DNA of 9,117 nucleotides from a virus (Duplodnaviria; Heunggongvirae; Uroviricota; Caudoviricetes): IMG/VR virus record IMGVR_UViG_2563366928_000004, positions 1 to 9,117 of that record; one strand, 5' to 3'. Shown piece by piece: positions 5,461 to 9,117 of this stretch (position 1 is its first letter; each line of letters starts with the position of its first letter). The notes under the pieces were generated by a model. It saw only the letters and a program-made list of their open reading frames with translations, ran no database searches and was not told where the DNA came from. The position numbers and the translations under genes were made by a program.

Positions 5461-7422
5461 TCATGCCGCAGCATCCGCGTTGTTCACTTCCACCTTCACA
5501 CTGTCAATCAGCAGCGTATATGTCGCCGCCTTTGATATGCCTGTCAGTTGCAGTTTGTCCGCCGCCCCTGATGCCGGAGATTTCACCAGTGTGAACGGCG
5601 TCCCCCGTTTCTCATCCAGTACCGGCGTCACCTGAATGCTGTTGTTTCCGGCAAACTCAAAAGCCAGTGTGTGCCATCCGTTATCAAAGACCCCGAACGT
5701 ATCCAGCTTCGCATTCGGCTTCTTGTGGTGCATCGCGTTCAGGTTCGTCGCATCCGTCTGCAGGAAGAAGGACATCAGCATGTCGTTGCCTTCCTCTGCC
5801 AGCGTCACTCCCTCCGGCAGGGACGACAACTGCCAGTAAATGCCCAGGGCAAACTGATTCGGCACCAGTGAACCCGGCACCTTAAACCGCACGCTCACAC
5901 GTCCGCCTTTCTTCAGCAACTCTGCCCCCTGCCCGGCTGCATCATGCTCCAGAAACCAGATGTGGTTTTCCGGTTTATTCAGTTGCAGGGCCTTACCTCC
6001 CGTAGCCCCCGCATCACTGACCACCGCTTCAGCAATGTTTTTGTTAACATTGTCTCCGCTCGCCGGTTTGTGATAATAGCGCCAGCCCTGTGATGCCAGG
6101 TCTTCGCCGGACGCCAGCAGACTCATCAGGGTTCGGTTACTGACCGGACCTTCCGGCTCTCTCTCCGTACCTTCACCGGAAGGTCCGGTGGGCTTCACCG
6201 TATCAGGCTGTTTTCCGGTAATGAATTCAGCGTTTCTCCCGGCATGCACAAGAATCGCCGTTGCCAGACGGTCGGAAATAATCCCACGACGTGCCCATGA
6301 TCCAAAATGCGTTTTACGGTCGGCCGTCGTCCAGGTTTTGGCGTCCGTTCGACCACCGGCTCCGTAATACCCAATATCCGCAACATCCGGATCTTCTGAC
6401 GGCTCGTTGGTACCCACATTTCGCCCGTTTTCATCCGTCATAAACGGCACAAAGAAGATTTTTTTTGCGGATTTCGTCTTGTATGCACCATACACCGCAT
6501 CGTATTGCGAAGAATAAGTCTGCTTCCAGTAGTAGGTCGTGTCGCCACAAATCCAGGGAACCGATGACGGAGAGCCCCCGAGACACTGACCTCCGAATTC
6601 CGACAGGTCAGAACGATATTTTTCCACCATGGAATCAAACAGCCCCGGCTGAGTGGCGTATGCACCCTGTTTCAAATCAAACTCGCCCTGCATCCAGACC
6701 ACTGCAAGCAGAATATTTTTAGGGTTGGCCTTCAGTGCGGCCTGAGTACGGGTAAGCAGGTCCTTGTACAGTGGCTTATCAACACCCCAGCGTGCCGAGG
6801 TCTCGCTTGCGCCGGTGGATTCGCTGAAGGTACCTTCATCGCCCGCCAAAAATGCAGAACCACCACGGCAGCACGGAACCAGAAGAATACCGGCATTCGC
6901 CGGAATAAACGGCAACAATTTCTTCGCGATATGTAATCCCTGCCCCACGCATCCATACTGAGCTGCGCTGGCTTTCGGGTGTGAAAACTTACTCAAATCC
7001 TGAACATCATGCAGGCAGTGGTCCGCAGGAATAATGTCATTGTAGTTACAGGACGCACCACCCGGCGTGACAGTGCTGCGACGCGCCAGCTGTTTAATAC
7101 GCGGGTCCGGACGGTCATATGTCTCCGGCAGCGGAAGCCCTTCACCATACGCCATACCGTTTGACTGCCCGGCCAGGGCAACAACAAAGTAATACTCCGG
7201 GTTGCTGGTGGTGCTGATAACTGCGCCTTCTCCATCCGACGGCTTCACCACCACAGGTGTGGTGACATCACCTTCCGCCGCAATGGCCTGCATCAGGGTA
7301 TAAGGCGTGATGGCCACCGGACTGCCAAATGGCTGCCACCCCTCCTTCAGTTTTTGTGTCAGTCGTTTCGCAAGGTCTGACGGCGATGCCGCCCTGACAA
7401 CATCATAGTGTTTAAATGCCAT
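5461..7422 (-). CDS. nanS-p: Prophage-encoded sialate O-acetylesterase (NanS-p type: N-terminal DUF1737-like domain, SGNH/DUF303 esterase core, C-terminal beta-rich domain). Alternative start at ATG 7437 adds MVERT.
   Basis: 653/658 aa. The N-terminus MAFKHYDVVRAASPSDLAKRLTQKLKEGWQPFGSPV and the GQSN esterase motif in FVVALAGQSNGMAYGEG match, from memory, the 933W yjhS/L0105-type proteins encoded between stx and S in Stx phages. The M6 start has a GGAAAG SD. Confidence 0.9.
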   Translation of the reverse strand: MAFKHYDVVRAASPSDLAKRLTQKLKEGWQPFGSPVAITPYTLMQAIAAEGDVTTPVVVKPSDGEGAVISTTSNPEYYFVVALAGQSNGMAYGEGLPLPETYDRPDPRIKQLARRSTVTPGGASCNYNDIIPADHCLHDVQDLSKFSHPKASAAQYGCVGQGLHIAKKLLPFIPANAGILLVPCCRGGSAFLAGDEGTFSESTGASETSARWGVDKPLYKDLLTRTQAALKANPKNILLAVVWMQGEFDLKQGAYATQPGLFDSMVEKYRSDLSEFGGQCLGGSPSSVPWICGDTTYYWKQTYSSQYDAVYGAYKTKSAKKIFFVPFMTDENGRNVGTNEPSEDPDVADIGYYGAGGRTDAKTWTTADRKTHFGSWARRGIISDRLATAILVHAGRNAEFITGKQPDTVKPTGPSGEGTEREPEGPVSNRTLMSLLASGEDLASQGWRYYHKPASGDNVNKNIAEAVVSDAGATGGKALQLNKPENHIWFLEHDAAGQGAELLKKGGRVSVRFKVPGSLVPNQFALGIYWQLSSLPEGVTLAEEGNDMLMSFFLQTDATNLNAMHHKKPNAKLDTFGVFDNGWHTLAFEFAGNNSIQVTPVLDEKRGTPFTLVKSPASGAADKLQLTGISKAATYTLLIDSVKVEVNNADAAA

Positions 7423-7439
7423 GGTTCTTTCCACCATCT

Positions 7440-7452
7440 GAAAAATAATTCT
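7440..7452. repeat. 13-bp direct repeat gaaaaataattct, copy 1 (copy 2 at 7594-7606)
   Basis: Exact 13/13 identity seen directly; the two copies bracket about 140 bp of AT-rich DNA just upstream of nanS-p. Confidence 0.6.
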
Positions 7453-7593
7453 TTAAAATACCTGACATGTAATACAGAAAAAACACAAAACCATACCTTA
7501 AATAAAAACCTCATCATCAAGCAGATATGCATGGATAAACTACAAGACGAGATATAAACCACCCTGCATTTAAATAAACAATAAACAACATCA

Positions 7594-7606
7594 GAAAAAT
7601 AATTCT
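7594..7606. repeat. 13-bp direct repeat gaaaaataattct, copy 2
   Basis: Exact match to 7440-7452. Confidence 0.6.
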
Positions 7607-7615
7607 GCTCTATGG

Positions 7616-7642
7616 TTTACATTCAAAAATATCATTTATACT
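7616..7642 (+). promoter_or_regulatory. Putative sigma70 promoter: TTTACA (7616-7621), 15 bp spacer, TATACT (7637-7642)
   Basis: Both hexamers are 5/6 to consensus. Spacer is short (15 bp). Lies about 40 bp upstream of the 7683 ATG, which has an AAGGAAA SD. Confidence 0.35.
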
Positions 7643-7682
7643 TTTCAGAACATCACCAGCAAGACATAAACAAGGAAACTAA

Positions 7683-8018
7683 ATGAAGTGGATTGTGATT
7701 GATACAGTTATCCAGCCATCATGCGGAATATCTTTTTCAGTCATATGGAGTAAAATAAAATTAATAATCTGGTATCAATCGGATGCTTTCTTACCTCCTG
7801 AAAGTATATTTACACTGACTCACACAGATATCATGCTCAATAACAAAGTGCTACCTGTAACCATTTACAACGTAGTACCATTCAATAAAACATTCTGGAA
7901 TTTAATCAAAAACAGCCAGGAATGTCCTACAAATACAGATAACGTATTGAATGAATGCTTTAATAACCGTTGCACTCTGCAAATATGTCCTTATGGACTA
8001 AAACAACAAAGTCCATAA
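7683..8018 (+). CDS. Hypothetical 111-aa protein in an AT-rich island at the position occupied by stxAB in Stx phages
   Basis: ATG with good SD (caAGGAAActaaATG) and an upstream promoter-like element. Opposite orientation to the late operon; low GC; Cys- and Asn-rich; no family recognised. Could be non-coding. Confidence 0.35.
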   Translation: MKWIVIDTVIQPSCGISFSVIWSKIKLIIWYQSDAFLPPESIFTLTHTDIMLNNKVLPVTIYNVVPFNKTFWNLIKNSQECPTNTDNVLNECFNNRCTLQICPYGLKQQSP

Positions 8019-8021
8019 GGA
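7988..8021. repeat. Perfect 11-bp inverted repeat (tccttatggac ... gtccataagga) with a 12-nt spacer, overlapping the stop of the 7683-8018 ORF
   Basis: Seen directly; no flanking T-run, so it is not a canonical terminator. Possible protein-binding palindrome or RNA stem. Confidence 0.5.
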
Positions 8022-8037
8022 GTTTACTCACATCTGA

Positions 8038-8074
8038 CAAAATCAATATAAACAGCCCCTCCGGAGAGGGGCTG
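8038..8074 (-). terminator. Intrinsic terminator, minus-strand polarity: 9-bp GC stem (cagcccctc/gaggggctg), tetraloop, then U-rich tract
   Basis: Minus-strand RNA would read CAGCCCCUC-UCCG-GAGGGGCUG followed by UUUAUAUUGAUUUUG. Confidence 0.6.
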
Positions 8075-8270
8075 GAGAGTGGCGCTATGTGCCATTGCAT
8101 GGTGCCGGGTGCCTCCCGGTGAATTCAGTACCAGCACCTGAATCCGCGATTATCCCATATACCTACTCGCTGATTGCCCCTCCGCACAGGGGGATTCACC
8201 ATGCCAGTTTCTTTTAACAAACTCCCCCGCAAAACAGACAACTGTCAACCGTCTGAATTGTGAGACATTT

Positions 8271-8296
8271 AAAAAAAAGGCCCGCAAAAGCGAGCC
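8271..8296 (-). terminator. Intrinsic terminator, minus-strand polarity, 15 bp downstream of the last tRNA
   Basis: Minus-strand RNA: GGCUCGC-UUUU-GCGGGCC (7-bp stem with one G-U pair) followed by U8. Confidence 0.6.
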
Positions 8297-8310
8297 GGGA
8301 AAAATAAGTC

Positions 8311-8387
8311 TGGCGCGTTGTACTGGATTCGAACCAGTGACCGATTGCTTAGAAGGCAATTGCTCTGTCCGGCTGAGCTAACAACGC
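8311..8387 (-). tRNA. argO: tRNA-Arg, anticodon UCU (reads AGA), CCA encoded
   Basis: Manual cloverleaf: acceptor gcgttgt/acaacgc, D-stem gctc/gagc, anticodon stem attgc/gcaat with loop cttctaa, T-arm actgg-ttcgaat-ccagt, discriminator G, then CCA. Confidence 0.85.
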
Positions 8388-8400
8388 AGGGTACAGATAA

Positions 8401-8477
8401 TGGACCGCCATCGAGGACTCGAACCCCGCGCAACCAGCTTCGAAGGCTGGCGCTCTATCCTGATGAGCTAATGGCGG
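8401..8477 (-). tRNA. argN: tRNA-Arg, anticodon UCG, CCA encoded
   Basis: Manual cloverleaf: acceptor ccgccat/atggcgg, D-stem gctc/gagc, anticodon stem ccagc/gctgg with loop cttcgaa, T-arm cgggg-ttcgagt-cctcg, then CCA. Confidence 0.8.
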
Positions 8478-8484
8478 TATGTGA

Positions 8485-8560
8485 TGGTGGCCCTTGCTGG
8501 ATTTGAACCAGCGACCTGGCGATTATGAGTCGCTCGCTCTCACCACTGAGCTAAAGGGCC
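8485..8560 (-). tRNA. ileZ: tRNA with CAU anticodon, ileX-like (tRNA-Ile2, lysidine-type), CCA encoded
   Basis: GGCCCTTTAGCTCAGTGGTGAGAGCGAGCGACTCATAATCGCCAGGTCGCTGGTTCAAATCCAGCAAGGGCCACCA: near-identical, from memory, to E. coli ileX. An ileZ-argN-argO cluster lies downstream of Q in 933W-like phages. Confidence 0.8.
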
Positions 8561-8600
8561 GGGAGCCGCATAATAACGACGCGTAATTAATTCTTCAATA

Positions 8601-8924
8601 TCATCCGTTCTGGCTGACTAAATCCTGTACTTCCCGAACCGTCTGCTCAAAACGTTCAGTCTCCAGCTCAACGCCAATTGCACGACGCCCGAGCGCCAGT
8701 GCCGCTTTCACTGTCGAACCCGACCCCATGAAAAAATCTGCAATCAGGTCACCCGGACGACTGCTAGCGCTGATTATCTGCTGCAGCATTTCTGCCGGTT
8801 TTTCGCACGGATGTTTCCCGGGATAGAACTGCACCGGTTTATGCGTCCACACATCGGTATACGGCACCTGCACCGTCACGCCAAAATACCGCCGCAGATG
8901 TTTATATTCACTCAGCAGCTCCGC
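8601..8924 (-). pseudogene. 3' fragment (107 codons) of a phage DNA methyltransferase (beta-class N6-adenine/N4-cytosine family), truncated at its 5' side by IS1
   Basis: The frame is open from the IS1 boundary at 8924 down to the TGA at 8601, with no plausible start. It contains the C-terminal AdoMet motif FFMGSGST and the upstream HPCEKPAEMLQQII block typical of this family. The ORF-track start at 8879 is a GTG. Confidence 0.7.
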
Positions 8925-9117
8925 GGTAATGACTCCAACTTATTGATAGTGTTTTATGTTCAGATAATGCCCGATGACTTTGTCATGCAGCTCCACCGAT
9001 TTTGAGAACGACAGCGACTTCCGTCCCAGCCGTGCCAGGTGCTGCCTCAGATTCAGGTTATGCCGCTCAATTCGCTGCGTATATCGCTTGCTGATTACGT
9101 GCAGCTTTCCCTTCAGG
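8925..9117 (-). mobile_element. IS1: IS1 insertion sequence, right end (inverted repeat begins ggtaatgactccaac at 8925); the element continues beyond the window
   Basis: The plus strand from 8925 reads the reverse complement of the IS1 terminus (…CACTATCAATAAGTTGGAGTCATTACC), and the minus strand encodes the InsB C-terminus. Confidence 0.9.
8940..9116 (-). CDS. insB: IS1 transposase InsB (InsAB'), C-terminal 58 codons plus stop; 5' part outside the window
   Basis: Minus-strand translation [58 protein letters not shown] matches the IS1 InsB C-terminus from memory. Confidence 0.9.
   Translation of the reverse strand: MKGKLHVISKRYTQRIERHNLNLRQHLARLGRKSLSFSKSVELHDKVIGHYLNIKHYQ

Noticed and set aside
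5636-7235. Multiple small ORFs on both strands inside nanS-p (5636-5885 +, 6195-6434 -, 6438-6665 -, 6465-6722 +, 6732-6956 -, 6764-6961 +, 6993-7235 -)
   Set aside because: All are nested within or antisense to the 658-aa esterase ORF, which has clear domain signatures; they are Arg/Ser/Pro-rich artefacts of a GC-rich coding region.
7359-7562. 67-aa minus-strand ORF
   Set aside because: It overlaps the nanS-p start in another frame and extends into AT-rich non-coding DNA; no RBS.
7438-8310. Presence of Shiga toxin genes stxA/stxB at the expected locus
   Set aside because: No ORF of suitable size or sequence: the only ORF (111 aa) shows no resemblance to StxA or StxB as I recall them, and the segment is too short for stxAB.
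8150-8506. ORFs 8150-8359 (-) and 8318-8506 (+)
   Set aside because: They overlap the tRNA genes and terminators; the region is explained by three tRNAs with good cloverleaf structure.
8811-9005. 64-aa plus-strand ORF
   Set aside because: Antisense across the methylase/IS1 junction; chimeric, so it cannot be a native gene.
1-9117. CRISPR array or other tandem repeat array
   Set aside because: No regularly spaced direct repeats found; the only repeats are the short cosB copies, a 13-bp direct repeat pair and isolated palindromes.

Overview
This window reads as the late region of a lambdoid (phage 21 / 933W-like) prophage of an enterobacterial host, almost entirely encoded on the minus strand, and it lacks stx. 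All calls rest on motif recognition and recall of phage protein families, not on any search. Reading in the direction of late transcription (high to low coordinates): the tail of an IS1 copy (8925-9117) truncates a phage DNA methyltransferase gene (8601-8924); three phage tRNAs follow (ileZ-like CAU, Arg-UCG, Arg-UCU; 8311-8560), then two intrinsic terminators. Where Stx phages carry stxAB there is instead an AT-rich ~600 bp island with a plus-strand promoter and a 111-aa ORF (7683-8018). Next come a NanS-p-type sialate O-acetylesterase (5461-7422), two small ORFs, and a lysis cassette: dual-start pinholin (4544-4759), an unrecognised 296-aa protein (3649-4539), SAR endolysin (3079-3612), two tiny single-TM proteins (2594-2922), and Rz with embedded Rz1 (2124-2597). 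Downstream lie a TonB C-terminal-domain lipoprotein (1487-1813), two small plus-strand ORFs, a lambda-type cos site (cosN 712-723, cosB with three repeats) and the Nu1-like small terminase (1-513). The strongest candidates for undescribed biology are the 296-aa gene inside the lysis cassette, the small membrane proteins between endolysin and Rz, the TonB_C lipoprotein and the cargo at the stx-equivalent locus.
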